64,000 bases of DNA, from positions 2,752,001-2,816,000 of the forward strand of contig OY760142.1 of assembly GCA_963663225.1 (NCBI GenBank), written 5' to 3'. Source of the stretch: Nitrospirota bacterium. GTDB lineage: Bacteria; Nitrospirota; UBA9217. Position numbers and translations under genes: made by a program. This document shows positions 18,906 to 30,295 of the stretch, in pieces. Below the pieces are notes generated by a model. The model had not been told where the DNA came from and made no database searches. It was given only the letters and a program-made list of their open reading frames with translations. Positions within the stretch are counted from its first letter, which is position 1; each line of letters starts with the position of its first letter.

Positions 18906-19307
18906 ATGCAGGTTACCCGAGAAGAAGACTATGGAATAAGAAGTGTTTTATATTTAGCCCGCCACCCGCTCAAAAAGATCAGCTTTATAACCGAAATTTC
19001 AGAATATTCCAAAATACCCAGAAGCTTTCTTGCAAAAATTCTCCAAAAACTGGTCAAAGCGAAGATTGTCCGCTCCTATCGTGGCGTTAAAGGCGGTTTT
19101 TCCCTGGCCAAACAGGCTCGCGAAATTACCGTCCTGGATGTGCTTGAAGCGATTGAAGGAAAACTCGCATTGAATATCTGCACGATAGATAAAAAAAAAT
19201 GCAGTGCCTCAAAGCAGTGTCCCGCTCATGCGTTCTGGGTTAATGCTCAGCTGAAAATGACAGATGTGTTCAAAAAAACGAACTTCGAAGACCTTGCGAA
19301 ACAATGA
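18906..19307 (+). CDS. Rrf2 family transcriptional regulator (three Cys, probable Fe-S)
   Basis: DYGIR, FLAKILQKL, S.RG.KGGF.LA, I..LDVLEAIEG, C-x6-C-x5-C. Confidence 0.9.
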   Translation: MQVTREEDYGIRSVLYLARHPLKKISFITEISEYSKIPRSFLAKILQKLVKAKIVRSYRGVKGGFSLAKQAREITVLDVLEAIEGKLALNICTIDKKKCSASKQCPAHAFWVNAQLKMTDVFKKTNFEDLAKQ

Positions 19308-19441
19308 CAATCATTGTCTCCTGAACTTCCTGATTTTCTCCTAAACTGTCCTCTGAGTAGCTTCCCGCCATTTGCATTCCATTATGGTAATTATTTTAAA
19401 AAATAGCACCTGACCAATGCGGATAGTGTATGCAAAATGTC

Positions 19442-19497
19442 TTGACACGGTTCAATACCACAGGTAGTATGGCAAATTAATTAAACAGTCAGTTAAT
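19442..19497 (+). promoter_or_regulatory. Sigma70 promoter with probable TetR operator
   Basis: TTGACA-17-TAGTAT, then ATTAA-N8-TTAAT (19480-19497). Confidence 0.55.
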
Positions 19498-19506
19498 AAA
19501 TACTTC

Positions 19507-20172
19507 ATGCATACATTCAAGAAAAAAATCACGAAGAAAGCCGGTAGACGCCCGCTATCCCAGAAACAGAACGAGGACACCCGTGCCACCATTTTAAACG
19601 CTGCACGGCATGTTTTTGCCCGACGGGGAGTCGACGGCAGCTCTGTTCGGGAAATCGCCGAAATGGCTCATGTGAACAACGCAATGATTTATTATCATTT
19701 CAAAAATAAAACAGATCTTTACCGTGCGGTACTGGGAGATTCTTTTGAAGCCCTGGACTGTATCTGGACGCATGCCATATTCCAAACATCCGCCACCGCA
19801 CGCCAAAAAATACAAAAATACATTGAAGAATTCATCCGTTTTGAACAAACTAATGAAGAATTAAGAAAAATTATATCCATGGAATTCACTGCAAGCGGAA
19901 TGAATACGAGATGGATTGCTGATAACTATTTCAGGCATCACTATCTAAAACTGGTTTCTATACTGAAGAGCGGAATGAAATCCGGTGAATTAAAAAAAAT
20001 TGACCCCACGGTGGCAATTGTATCTCTTTTAGGCATGATTTCTCAAAACTTTATTTCAAAGCCGGTAGCTGAGTATGTAGCCGGGAAAAAAATGGACCTC
20101 TCGGTGGCCCAGTTCGGCAAGTTTATTACCATGGTTTTTTTTGACGGTTTAGCGCAAAAATCCTGTAAATGA
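19507..20172 (+). CDS. TetR/AcrR family regulator
   Basis: IL.AA..VFA..G....SVREIA..A.VN.AMIYYHF..K..LY. Confidence 0.9.
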   Translation: MHTFKKKITKKAGRRPLSQKQNEDTRATILNAARHVFARRGVDGSSVREIAEMAHVNNAMIYYHFKNKTDLYRAVLGDSFEALDCIWTHAIFQTSATARQKIQKYIEEFIRFEQTNEELRKIISMEFTASGMNTRWIADNYFRHHYLKLVSILKSGMKSGELKKIDPTVAIVSLLGMISQNFISKPVAEYVAGKKMDLSVAQFGKFITMVFFDGLAQKSCK

Positions 20173-20194
20173 ACTATAAGGAAAAAATAACAGT

Positions 20195-21502
20195 ATGTCG
20201 CTACAACTATCTCGTCTATTAATAATCGTTTCAGTGTTTCTCATGCCGTTGGTCACGTCGTTCGCCAACGATACCACGGGAATTTATTCTCTTGAAGATG
20301 CCTATTCTGCTGCTCTGAAGTCGAATGAAACATACAAAATATCCGAAGAAAATGTTTTTCAGGCGGACAGCAGAGTTGATCAGGCGCGGAGCTACCTTCT
20401 GCCTCGTCTGACCGGAAAGGCCGGATACACGTGGTTCAATGACACACTTCCTACCAGCGGCGGTCCCATTCTTTTTCAACCCAAGGAGCAGGCACAGGCT
20501 GTTTTGGAACTTACCCAACCGTTGTATACTGGGGGAAGGACGCTTGCCGCATATCGCACCGCGAAACTACAATTAGATTCGAGCAAAAAACAACTTTCTA
20601 CGGCCCAGCAAGACCTTCTTATGAACGTCGCAGATGCTTATTTTGACGTATTAAAGGCAGAGAAACTGACCGCTGTAAGCAAAGACTCTCTTTCCCGCAT
20701 GGAGGAATACAAAAAAGTGACCGATCGGGTCGCTTCTACCCGAAGAACCAAGGCAAATATGTCGGACTTGCTGAGGGCAAGAACCCTGGTAAGTCAGTCG
20801 GGAATTATCGTAACAACCACTGCAGACAGGCTTAAAATTGCCAGGCAAAAACTAAGCTTGTTGACAAAGCTGCCAGAGAATGCCGCCGTAATTGAGCCGC
20901 AATCGTTCCCGGTGCCGTCGCAATCTCTCGATCAGTTGAAACAAACAGCACGGGAGAACCGCGATGATTATATCAACGCTCGACTGAATATGAAAGCGGC
21001 TGAAGAGAACATCACCATTGTCAGAGGCGCCCATTACCCGCAGCTTTCCGCTGTCGGGGGAATTCAATATTCAGATTCGCATCCGATTATGGTGACGGAT
21101 GCCACGGTATATTATGCCGGTCTCCGATTTCAGATTCCTCTTTTCGAGGGTGGATTGATGAAAGCGGAAATTTCCGAAGCAAAATCAAAGTTACGGCAGG
21201 CGGAACTGACGACAGACCAACTCCGTCGAAAAATAGAAACTGATGTGACAGAAGCATACATCAATCTTCAAACACTCATAACGGTCCTGGATAACCTCAA
21301 ACTCCAGTATGCCGACGCGAAGGACAACTATACCGCCATTACCAAATTGTTTGGCGAAGGACTTGTATCGAGTCTTGCGGTCATTGACGCCCAACAGGCC
21401 TTGTACGCGGCGGAACGGGAGTTTGTGAACAGCACGTACGATCTGCAGGTCGCCATTCTCCGTCTTCAGAAGAGCGTCGGCCGACTCAGCAAAAACAATT
21501 GA
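20195..21502 (+). CDS. TolC family outer membrane efflux protein
   Basis: Signal peptide; LTQPLYTGG, VADAYF, IPLFEGG repeats. Confidence 0.9.
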   Translation: MSLQLSRLLIIVSVFLMPLVTSFANDTTGIYSLEDAYSAALKSNETYKISEENVFQADSRVDQARSYLLPRLTGKAGYTWFNDTLPTSGGPILFQPKEQAQAVLELTQPLYTGGRTLAAYRTAKLQLDSSKKQLSTAQQDLLMNVADAYFDVLKAEKLTAVSKDSLSRMEEYKKVTDRVASTRRTKANMSDLLRARTLVSQSGIIVTTTADRLKIARQKLSLLTKLPENAAVIEPQSFPVPSQSLDQLKQTARENRDDYINARLNMKAAEENITIVRGAHYPQLSAVGGIQYSDSHPIMVTDATVYYAGLRFQIPLFEGGLMKAEISEAKSKLRQAELTTDQLRRKIETDVTEAYINLQTLITVLDNLKLQYADAKDNYTAITKLFGEGLVSSLAVIDAQQALYAAEREFVNSTYDLQVAILRLQKSVGRLSKNN

Positions 21503-21523
21503 TTTTATCTCAAAAGGATTTTC

Positions 21524-24500
21524 ATGCGTCTTCCGGAAATAGCCATTAAAAGACCCGTCTTTGTGACCATGATCGGATTAGCTCTGATCGTGTTCGGAGT
21601 TATCGGATACAACCAGCTGGCACTCGACCTCTATCCCAAGGTTGACTTCCCGGTGGTAAACATCACAACAAAACTTGCAGGTGCAAGTCCTGAGGTGATG
21701 GAAGTAGATGTCACGGATCCCGTCGAGGAAGCAGTTAATACAATCAGCGGTGTCAAATACATCACATCGAGAAGCACGGAGGAATACTCCGTCGTGACCG
21801 TGGTGTTTTATCTTGAGCGAAACATAGAGCAGGCTGCCCAGGATGTCAGGGATAAAGTGGCCGCCATCCGTAATAAGCTTCCTCGGGACGCAGAACCGCC
21901 GATAATCGAGAAGATCAGCCCGGAAGACCAGCCCATCGTCTGGATTTCCGTATGGGGTGACCGGTCCATCAAGGACATGACGCACTATGCGGACAAAATC
22001 CTTAAACGAAATATTGAAAAGATACCGGGTGTCGGCTCCGTTACGATCAACGGCGGCAGAGTGCGCCAGGTCCGCCTCTGGCTTGACCAGAAAAAGATGG
22101 ATGCAGTGTCGCTTACCTCGGAGGATGTAAAACTCGCGCTGGGACGCGAACACAAGGAAGTTCCCGGCGGCCGCATTGAAAATGCAAAAACCGAATTTAC
22201 CGTTAAAACCAAAGGAGAGTATGATACTCCCGAAGCGTTCAACAACATGGTCATTACCTACCGGCACGGGAGGCTCATCAAACTGCGGGATATCGGCTAC
22301 GCAGAAGACGGAATGGAAGATGAACGGTCGATTTCCCGCTTTAACGGAAAAACCTCTGTAGGACTTGCCGTAAAACGCCAGACCGGAGAAAACACGGTGG
22401 CAGTGGCAGAGCGTGTAAAAACCGCCGTTGCCACAATCACTCCGCCGTCCGGCATGAAACTGGACATTTCTTTCGACCAGTCGAAATATATCCGTCGTTC
22501 CATTGAAGACGTTCAGGTGTCGCTTTGGCTCGGGGCGATTCTTGCCGTTGTAATCATTTTCATTTTTTTAAGAAGCATCAGAAGCACGCTGATCAGTGCC
22601 GTGGCCCTTCCTCTTTCTGTAATAGCGTCCTTTGCTTTCATCCAGCTGTTCGGCTTTACGATGAATGTCATGACCATGCTTGCACTGTCGCTGTCCATAG
22701 GAATTCTGATCGATGACGCGATTGTGGTGCTCGAAAACATCTACCGAAGGATGGAAGAAGGGGAAATGCCAGCGCAGGCGGCCCGTGAAGGAGCCTCAGA
22801 AATAGGTCTTGCGGTAATGGCAACAACGCTGTCTATCGTCGCTGTTTTTATTCCGGTCGCGTTTATGAAAGGTATTGTGGGGAAATTCTTCTTCGAATTC
22901 GGCATCACGGTGACCGTTGCCGTACTCATTTCACTGTTCGTATCATTGACGTTCACTCCCATGATGACATCACGGTTTTTAAGCTACCGGCGGAAACACG
23001 GAAGACTCTACCTGTTCTTGGAAAAAGGTTTTGAAAAAATATATGACGTTTACCGTCCGCTTCTGGCTTTTGCATTAAACAACCGCATAAAAGTGCTGGC
23101 GGCTGCCGGAGTCTGTCTGGCTGCGGGTATCGCTATTTTCCTCTTTCTTGATAAGGAATTCATGCCTGCCGAGGACGAAGGGAGATATATGGTAAGGCTG
23201 GAGACGCCCATTGATTATTCACTCTCCCGTGCAGATTCTCTTATGAAAAGCATTGATGAACAGTTGCAAAAGCGCTCTGAAGTCTTGAATACCCTCTATG
23301 TTACCGGGTCGGAACTCGGACAAGACATCAATAAAAGCAGGATTTACGTCAATTTGAAAGAACGCAAGGATCGGAAATTACTTCAGATTGATTCCATGAG
23401 CCAGGTCCGTAACTCTCTTGCAAAAGTCCCGGACCTGAAATCGTCCGTTGAAGATATCGCCATGGTCGGCGGAGGTATGCGTTCGGTTCCCGTCCAAATG
23501 ATGGTGCAGGGGAGGGACCTGGAAGAACTGAACAAACGTACTCTGGCAATTAAGGATTCTTTCTCAAAAATTCGAGGAATTGTGGATGCCGACACGGACA
23601 TCGAGATCGGAAAGCCCGAGGTCCGGATTATGATTGATCGCGATCGGGCCGCAAATATGGGAGTGACCGCCGCCAGCATCGGCAGTACCGTTAATACGAT
23701 GATCGGCGGCGAAAACATAGCAAAGTACAAGGATGAAAAGGAAGGTGAACGGTATGATATCAATGCCCGGCTTATTTCACCCGACCGGAGCGCTCCTTCC
23801 GATCTTGACAAAATACGTGTCCGTTCGATGTCGGGAGAGCTGGTCCGCATGAAAGATGTTACGGCATTTCGGATCGGCACGGGTCCGACAGTCATTACGC
23901 ATCTTGACCGGCAGCGCGCCACCACGCTATTTGCCGGTACTGAAAAATCAAAACCCGCACAGGAAGCCATGAATGACCTAGAACGGATCACAAAAAAAAA
24001 TCTGACCCCGGAAATGTCTTTTCGTTTTATGGGTATGAGCGACGCCATGCTGGATGCTTTTAAAAACATCGTTTTTGCCCTGATTCTTGCCGTTATTATG
24101 GTATATATGATTCTGGCAGCGCAGTTTGAAAGTTTCGTACATCCCTTTACGATCATGTTTTCGCTGCCGGTGAGCCTTATCGGCGCCATGGGTCTGCTTA
24201 TGGTTACGGGGGAACGCATCAATATTTTCAGCCTGATAGGCGTCATTCTGCTCATGGGCCTGGTGACCAAAAATGCGATTTTGCTGGTTGATTATACCAT
24301 CACGCTCAGACACCAGGGAATGGAGAGAACAGAGGCAATCCTGAAAGCCGGCCCGATACGGCTCCGTCCTATTCTGATGACCACGGCTGCAATGGTTTTT
24401 GGTATGCTTCCCACGGCCTTCAAAATCGGCGAAGGGTCGGAAGCCCGCGCACCCATGGCCATTGCCGTTATCGGAGGACTGATTACTTCAACGCTGCTCA

Positions 24501-24589
24501 CGCTCGTTGTAATTCCGGTTGTCTATACGCTTGTTGACGATTTGGAAAACTGGTTGAAAGTAAAACGAGCAAAAAACATACCTTCTTAA
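21524..24589 (+). CDS. RND efflux permease (AcrB/HAE1 family)
   Basis: 1021 aa; [25 protein letters not shown] proton-relay motifs. Confidence 0.95.
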   Translation: MRLPEIAIKRPVFVTMIGLALIVFGVIGYNQLALDLYPKVDFPVVNITTKLAGASPEVMEVDVTDPVEEAVNTISGVKYITSRSTEEYSVVTVVFYLERNIEQAAQDVRDKVAAIRNKLPRDAEPPIIEKISPEDQPIVWISVWGDRSIKDMTHYADKILKRNIEKIPGVGSVTINGGRVRQVRLWLDQKKMDAVSLTSEDVKLALGREHKEVPGGRIENAKTEFTVKTKGEYDTPEAFNNMVITYRHGRLIKLRDIGYAEDGMEDERSISRFNGKTSVGLAVKRQTGENTVAVAERVKTAVATITPPSGMKLDISFDQSKYIRRSIEDVQVSLWLGAILAVVIIFIFLRSIRSTLISAVALPLSVIASFAFIQLFGFTMNVMTMLALSLSIGILIDDAIVVLENIYRRMEEGEMPAQAAREGASEIGLAVMATTLSIVAVFIPVAFMKGIVGKFFFEFGITVTVAVLISLFVSLTFTPMMTSRFLSYRRKHGRLYLFLEKGFEKIYDVYRPLLAFALNNRIKVLAAAGVCLAAGIAIFLFLDKEFMPAEDEGRYMVRLETPIDYSLSRADSLMKSIDEQLQKRSEVLNTLYVTGSELGQDINKSRIYVNLKERKDRKLLQIDSMSQVRNSLAKVPDLKSSVEDIAMVGGGMRSVPVQMMVQGRDLEELNKRTLAIKDSFSKIRGIVDADTDIEIGKPEVRIMIDRDRAANMGVTAASIGSTVNTMIGGENIAKYKDEKEGERYDINARLISPDRSAPSDLDKIRVRSMSGELVRMKDVTAFRIGTGPTVITHLDRQRATTLFAGTEKSKPAQEAMNDLERITKKNLTPEMSFRFMGMSDAMLDAFKNIVFALILAVIMVYMILAAQFESFVHPFTIMFSLPVSLIGAMGLLMVTGERINIFSLIGVILLMGLVTKNAILLVDYTITLRHQGMERTEAILKAGPIRLRPILMTTAAMVFGMLPTAFKIGEGSEARAPMAIAVIGGLITSTLLTLVVIPVVYTLVDDLENWLKVKRAKNIPS

Positions 24590-24625
24590 ATAACCGCACG
24601 GTTTTATTATCAGGAGAATGAATTC

Positions 24626-25444
24626 ATGCTCAGGCTTGGACATATCATCTATTCTAACTGTTTCCCTCCCCATGCCGGGATTGTGAACCAAACAGTAGAT
24701 TTTCCTTTCGAAGTTATAAATGGAATTCCGAGTGAATTGAACAAGAAGCTCTATGAAGGTGTGGTGGATATATCTCCATCGTCCTCAATCGAATATGCAA
24801 AGCATTATCCCCGATATGTGCTGCTGCCGGATATATCAATTACCTCTCGAGATAAAGTCATGAGCATCATTCTGCAAAGCCGCGTGCCGATGGACGATCT
24901 CAACAAAAAAACCGTCGCGCTTACGACTGCCTCGGCAACATCGGTGGTGCTGCTTAAAATTCTTCTTGAACTTCAGTGCAAAGTCAGGCCATCGTATACT
25001 TCATATATTCAGGGAATAGAGAATCCGTCGAATATTGCCGACGCGTTTCTCACAATCGGAGATCTGGCGCTCACACAGCCGTCCGCTCCGGGTTTTGCCT
25101 ATCGGTACGATCTCGGTGAACTCTGGCATGCATTTACCGGACTCCCCTTTGTGTTTGCACTCTGGCAGGTGAATTACAAGCATGAAAGCGAACGTGATCT
25201 GTCTCGCTTGTATGATATACTTATAACATCAAGAACATACGGTTTGGCGCACCTGCAGGAGCTTTCGCTTGCTTATGAGAAACATTTTAATGTTCCTGCC
25301 GGTGTACTTGTTCATTATTGGAGGTCATTCAGCTATTACTTCGGTTCAGAAGAACAAAAAGGTCTTCTCACGTTTTACCAATATGCGGCAGAAATCGGAG
25401 CGATAGCCGCAGTGCCGGACCTGAAATTTTGGGTAAAACAGTGA
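24626..25444 (+). CDS. mqnA: Chorismate dehydratase (futalosine menaquinone pathway)
   Basis: RLGHI.Y.NC.P, PS.LN..L, SSIEY, SATS..L, IGD.AL, DLG..W...TGLPFVFALW. Confidence 0.85.
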   Translation: MLRLGHIIYSNCFPPHAGIVNQTVDFPFEVINGIPSELNKKLYEGVVDISPSSSIEYAKHYPRYVLLPDISITSRDKVMSIILQSRVPMDDLNKKTVALTTASATSVVLLKILLELQCKVRPSYTSYIQGIENPSNIADAFLTIGDLALTQPSAPGFAYRYDLGELWHAFTGLPFVFALWQVNYKHESERDLSRLYDILITSRTYGLAHLQELSLAYEKHFNVPAGVLVHYWRSFSYYFGSEEQKGLLTFYQYAAEIGAIAAVPDLKFWVKQ

Positions 25445-25462
25445 CTCAAACGGAACAATCGC

Positions 25463-26446
25463 ATGCCATTAACACATCATCATACCGAGCTGCATGAACA
25501 CGACCACCATGATCATGACCATGGCACTGATCATGGTTTTCATCACTCGTCAACAGGAGGCAGAAAAGATCTCCTGATTGCCCTCAGCATTACCGTGGCC
25601 ATGATGGTCGTGGAAATAATCGGAGGTTTGCTTTCCAACAGCCTTGCGCTGTTGTCTGACGCCGGGCATATGCTGATAGACAACCTCGCCCTTCTTCTTT
25701 CCTTTTTTGCAATGAAATTTTCCACCATGCCGGCCACTGATAAAAAAACCTTTGGTTTTTATCGCCTCGAGATACTGGCCGCCCTGGTCAATGGGATCAC
25801 CCTGGTGCTTATTTCCCTCTATATCATCTATGAAGCATACCTCAGAATACTGCATCCGCAGCCGGTCCAGGGCTCGCTGATGCTTACCATAGCGGTTATC
25901 GGTCTTATTGCCAATATTATCGGCGCAGCTGTGCTGAGAAAACACCAGCATGCAAATCTCAATATCCGGGGAGCTTTTCTGCATATTATAGGAGACGCAG
26001 CAGTATCGGTAGGCGTCATCATCGGCGGCATTGTCATCCTGAACACAGGATGGTACCTGATCGATCCGATTCTGAGCGTTCTTATCTCTTGCGTAATCAT
26101 TTTCGGTTCATGGCAGCTGCTGAAAGAATCAGTGAATATTCTGCTTGAAGCGGCGCCTTCACATATCAGCATTGATGCCGTCGCCGCTGAAATCGGAAAA
26201 ATAAACGGTGTGCGTGAAGCATATCATATTCATCTCTGGACGATAACGTCCGGTGTTTATGCACTGAGCGCCCATGTACTCATAGATGATCAGCCCGTCA
26301 GCGGAAGCAGGGAAATCATTGATGACATCAGATCGCTCTTATCCAAACAATTCAATGTGCTCCATAGCACTATTCAACTCGAATGTGAACGGTGTGACAT
26401 GGGCCCGGTCTGCAGCCTGCCGCGTGATATCCAGCAACCGCGGTGA
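25463..26446 (+). CDS. Cation diffusion facilitator (Zn/Co/Cd, CzcD/ZitB-like) with His-rich N-terminus
   Basis: SLALLSDAGHM, TFGFYRLEILAA, N.RGAFLH..GD, HIHLWTIT, HSTIQLE. Confidence 0.92.
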   Translation: MPLTHHHTELHEHDHHDHDHGTDHGFHHSSTGGRKDLLIALSITVAMMVVEIIGGLLSNSLALLSDAGHMLIDNLALLLSFFAMKFSTMPATDKKTFGFYRLEILAALVNGITLVLISLYIIYEAYLRILHPQPVQGSLMLTIAVIGLIANIIGAAVLRKHQHANLNIRGAFLHIIGDAAVSVGVIIGGIVILNTGWYLIDPILSVLISCVIIFGSWQLLKESVNILLEAAPSHISIDAVAAEIGKINGVREAYHIHLWTITSGVYALSAHVLIDDQPVSGSREIIDDIRSLLSKQFNVLHSTIQLECERCDMGPVCSLPRDIQQPR

Positions 26447-26609
26447 TCCGTCGTTCTGACATCCTAACGCCGTACTTACTGCAATAATTGTTTTATTCTG
26501 CCGGTTGCGGATACTATCAGTGACTTGTCGTTGTACAGAGCGGAAGGATTTTAAAATCTGCTCTTCCTGATCACGTACGACTGCCAACAGGGGACTACAA
26601 CATCTCACA

Positions 26610-27929
26610 ATGAAGCTATATACTGCTTTAATTATACTACCGCTTTTTTTCTCCGCGTCGGCCTTGGCTGAACCAAGAATAAGCCTGCGTGATTGCATAG
26701 AAACGGCCCTGAAACAGCAGCCGAGTATGAAAGCTGCCATGGCTGGAATAGCAGCGAGCAAGGGCAGAGAAATTCAGGCCGTATCTCCCTATTTACCGCA
26801 GATCAACTCAAGCACCGGATATGCAGACAGCCGCCAGCTTGGAGGGTCTTTCGGCGACAGTTTTACAAGAAGCTATACGACCACCTTGTCGATCAATCAG
26901 ACCATTTATGACTTCGGCAAGACCGGAAATGCGCTTGATGCTGCGCGGTTCAGCACCCGTTCGAGTGAATTGGATTCTGATCGTATCCGACAGGACGTGA
27001 TCCTGAACGTAAAACAGGCATATTTTGCTTTACTTCTGGCCAAGAAAATTGTAGGAGTCGCACAAAAAACCCTTGAACAGGCTGAAAGCCATCTCCATCA
27101 GGCCACGGCTTTCTTTCAAGCCGGATCGAAGCCCCGTTTCGACGTGACCCGTGCCGAAGTCGAAGTAAACAGCGCGCGACTCGGCCTGATCAACGCAAAA
27201 AATACAGTCCGAATTCGATCGATAGCACTGTACAACGCCATGGGCAGTGAACCGGGAGCGATCCTGGAGATTGAAGATGTCATGTCGACCCCTTATGCAC
27301 TGCCGTCATACGATCAGGTAAAGGAAGAATCGCTCAAAATCAGGCCGGAAATGCGTAAGGCCGATGCTGATATCGATGCTGCGCGATCTAAGGTCAAGGC
27401 AGCAGAAGCAGGCTTTTTCCCGACTCTTTCAGCAACAGGATCCTACAACTGGGTACATGGCCAGTCACAGACCGGACCGCTGTTCCACGGTGATCTCCAG
27501 GACAGCTGGAACGCGGGCATTATGCTGTCCCTCCCGCTTTTCGAAGGCGGTCTTACGCAGGGAAAGGTGAGCGAGGCGCGTGCAAACCTGCTTGCAATCG
27601 AAGCGCAGCGTGAAACGCTGAAGCACTCCATTCTGATGGAAATCAGTCAGGCGTATGCGGATATCGAAAGTGCGAAGGTCCGCATCGAAGTAATGGAAAG
27701 TTCCCTCCAGAAAGCGCGTGAAAATCTTTTCATCGCGCAGGGCAGATATGAAGCTGGCGTGGGGCCTTATATAGAGGTCACGGACGCACAGGTCTCCGCC
27801 ATAAACGCCGAAACCGACCATGTTCAGGCCTTGTATGATTATCATCTTGCAGCGGCACGCCTTCAGAAAGCAATAAGCATTCCAGAACAAATGTACAACG
27901 CAGCTGATACGATGTCAGGCAAATACTGA
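26610..27929 (+). CDS. TolC family outer membrane efflux protein
   Basis: Signal peptide; QTIYDFG, VKQAYF, LPLFEGG, RYEAG.G. Confidence 0.9.
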   Translation: MKLYTALIILPLFFSASALAEPRISLRDCIETALKQQPSMKAAMAGIAASKGREIQAVSPYLPQINSSTGYADSRQLGGSFGDSFTRSYTTTLSINQTIYDFGKTGNALDAARFSTRSSELDSDRIRQDVILNVKQAYFALLLAKKIVGVAQKTLEQAESHLHQATAFFQAGSKPRFDVTRAEVEVNSARLGLINAKNTVRIRSIALYNAMGSEPGAILEIEDVMSTPYALPSYDQVKEESLKIRPEMRKADADIDAARSKVKAAEAGFFPTLSATGSYNWVHGQSQTGPLFHGDLQDSWNAGIMLSLPLFEGGLTQGKVSEARANLLAIEAQRETLKHSILMEISQAYADIESAKVRIEVMESSLQKARENLFIAQGRYEAGVGPYIEVTDAQVSAINAETDHVQALYDYHLAAARLQKAISIPEQMYNAADTMSGKY

Positions 27930-27968
27930 ACACCAGTTTAATCAGCAGTTTTTCTACCATGAGTTTGA

Positions 27969-28448
27969 GTGCGAGGAAACTTAGGAGGTTTGCGAAGGGT
28001 GCAGTCTGAAAAATTCATTTTTACTGTAGACCTCCCGGTAGATGCTGTCTGGAACTTTATGAATGACCGCGCCAAGGTCGCAGGCCTTTTTCCGGGATGC
28101 ATGAACGTTGAAATTCTGAACGAACTTGATTCGCTCTGGACAGTCAATTTTGCGATTGGGCCGTTCAATCGTACACTTGATTTGCAAGGCCACACTACGG
28201 CATTGATCAAGCACGAACTCATTGCCTGGACGGTACAGCATGCTTTATTTACCGTAGCAGGTTCCACCGTTTTGCACAAAATTACCGAAGAGAAAACCGA
28301 GGTTATCTATACCCTTCAAGCGGAAATGACCGGATATTTGATGCTTTTTCAGGAAATAGTTGCAGGACAAAAAATAAAGGAGACCGTCCGCATGTTTATC
28401 GAAAATATAAAGAAAGGTCTTGCCGCGCTTCAAAAGGCCGGAAACTGA
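27969..28448 (+). CDS. SRPBCC/CoxG family protein (start probably GTG 27999)
   Basis: F.V..P.D.VW.F..D...VA...PGC motif; AGGAGG upstream of 27999. Confidence 0.7.
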   Translation: MRGNLGGLRRVQSEKFIFTVDLPVDAVWNFMNDRAKVAGLFPGCMNVEILNELDSLWTVNFAIGPFNRTLDLQGHTTALIKHELIAWTVQHALFTVAGSTVLHKITEEKTEVIYTLQAEMTGYLMLFQEIVAGQKIKETVRMFIENIKKGLAALQKAGN

Positions 28449-28459
28449 GGGTCGGGCCG

Positions 28460-29554
28460 ATGTCTATCAGCTTCAAGCTGTTTAAAAACAAGATTGTCTG
28501 GTTTGGAATTGTGGCTGTGCTCGTAGCCGTTGTTTTCACTCTATACGGGAAAAAAACGATTCCGGTCAGAGTCGTAAAACTGCAGCAGGGAGATCTTCGC
28601 GTCATCGTAAATGCCACGACGACATCCACCGTGAAATCTGAAACCGAAGTGACGCTTTCTGCGCAGCGTACCGGAAAAGTTATCATGCTTCCCGTCAGAG
28701 AAGGGGATACCGTCAAAGCGGGAACACTCATCGCCCGCCTTGATTTAACAGAAGAGTCAGTACAGACAGAAAACGTGCTGGCGCAAAGCAAGGCAACCTA
28801 TGAGGAAGCCGGCAAAAACCTCAAACGGACTGAAGACTTGTTCAACAAAGGAATGGTAGCCCAGCAAGACCTCGATGCAGTGCGAAGGACGTATGAAGTG
28901 GCAAAATCTCAATTCCAGTCATCGGTTGCTGATGCTGGTGTAAAGCGGGATTATTCTGTTATAAAAGCGCCATTCAACGGTGTTATAGCAAAAAAGTATT
29001 CAGAGGTGGGTGAGCTGCTCCTGCCGGGGAAACAGATCGTCCAAATTGTGAATCCAGACCGTGTTTATGTGCTCGCAACCATAGACGAGGTGGATGTCGG
29101 CAGACTCAGAATCGGCCAACCGGTGACCATTTCGGTCGATGCCTTTCCGGGTGAAAAATTCAACGGAGAGGTACGGCGGATATCCCCAATTGTAAGCGGT
29201 GGAAAACTGGAGACACGTACGGCCGATGTCTGGATATATTTTAACGAAAAGCAAAACAGGATCAAGCCCGGCATGTCTGCTGATGTGGAAATTCTTGTGT
29301 CGGTTCTTCAAAACGTGCTTTCAGTGCCCTCCCAGGCTGTCATTGACAGGGGTGGGAGAAAACAGGTATATGTTGCAGACGGTAATGCTCTGAATCCGGG
29401 CGATAAAACTGTTGCAAAATTAAAAGTAGTTCAAACAGGTGAAACCAACTGGAGCTTTACCCAGATCACCGGCGGCTTGTCATCCGGAGAATATATCATT
29501 ACCACACCAGAAGCCGAAGGACTAAAAGACGGATCAACCGTAAAAATCGAATAA
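28460..29554 (+). CDS. Efflux periplasmic adaptor (MacA-like)
   Basis: N-terminal TM; G.V..L.VREGD.VK.G, IKAPF.GVI, KPGMSA.V.I. Confidence 0.9.
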   Translation: MSISFKLFKNKIVWFGIVAVLVAVVFTLYGKKTIPVRVVKLQQGDLRVIVNATTTSTVKSETEVTLSAQRTGKVIMLPVREGDTVKAGTLIARLDLTEESVQTENVLAQSKATYEEAGKNLKRTEDLFNKGMVAQQDLDAVRRTYEVAKSQFQSSVADAGVKRDYSVIKAPFNGVIAKKYSEVGELLLPGKQIVQIVNPDRVYVLATIDEVDVGRLRIGQPVTISVDAFPGEKFNGEVRRISPIVSGGKLETRTADVWIYFNEKQNRIKPGMSADVEILVSVLQNVLSVPSQAVIDRGGRKQVYVADGNALNPGDKTVAKLKVVQTGETNWSFTQITGGLSSGEYIITTPEAEGLKDGSTVKIE

Positions 29555-29617
29555 GTACTGCGTTCATTCAATCCCGATTTACGTCGATGTCAATCTGCTT
29601 CACCACATTGTGGCACC

Positions 29618-30295
29618 ATGATAGAACTTTCTAATATATCGAAATCCTACCATATGGGGAGCGGGGACATCACCGTCCTCAGATCAATAACCCTTTCCAT
29701 CAAACAAAAAGAATTCATCGCAATCATGGGCCCGTCCGGTTCGGGAAAATCAACGCTCATGAATATTGTCGGTTGTCTCGACCGTCCATCAGGCGGCACA
29801 TATTTTTTTGAGAACAGAGAAATCAGTTCTCTGACGGATGATGAACTGGCGGCAGTCAGAAACAAAAAAATCGGCTTTGTGTTTCAGACCTTCAATCTTC
29901 TCCCGCGATTTTCAGCCTTGAAGAACGTTGAGATACCGCTGGTTTATAGCGGGATTCCATCCCGGCTGCACAAGGACTATGCGCTGCCATTGCTCGAAAA
30001 AGTCGGGCTTGCAGACCGTATCCAGCATAAACCTTCAGAGCTGTCAGGCGGCCAGCAGCAACGGGTGGCAATTGCCCGGGCGCTGGTGAACAATCCGCCA
30101 CTGTTGCTTGCGGATGAACCGACAGGAAACCTGGACAGCCGTTCAGGAGAAGAGATTCTCAATATTTTGACGGAACTGAACCAACAGGGAGTGACTCTTG
30201 TCATTGTTACGCACGACAAGAATGTCGCCGTGCGATGCAAACGGATCATAACGCTGAAAGACGGACAAATTACCGGTGATCAGGTGAATATATGA
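29618..30295 (+). CDS. ABC transporter ATPase (MacB/LolD-like)
   Basis: GPSGSGKST, LSGGQQQRVAIARAL, LADEPTGNLD, VTHD. Confidence 0.95.
   Translation: MIELSNISKSYHMGSGDITVLRSITLSIKQKEFIAIMGPSGSGKSTLMNIVGCLDRPSGGTYFFENREISSLTDDELAAVRNKKIGFVFQTFNLLPRFSALKNVEIPLVYSGIPSRLHKDYALPLLEKVGLADRIQHKPSELSGGQQQRVAIARALVNNPPLLLADEPTGNLDSRSGEEILNILTELNQQGVTLVIVTHDKNVAVRCKRIITLKDGQITGDQVNI

Noticed and set aside
23383-24270. 295-aa minus-strand ORF
   Set aside because: Typical antisense shadow of an RND permease
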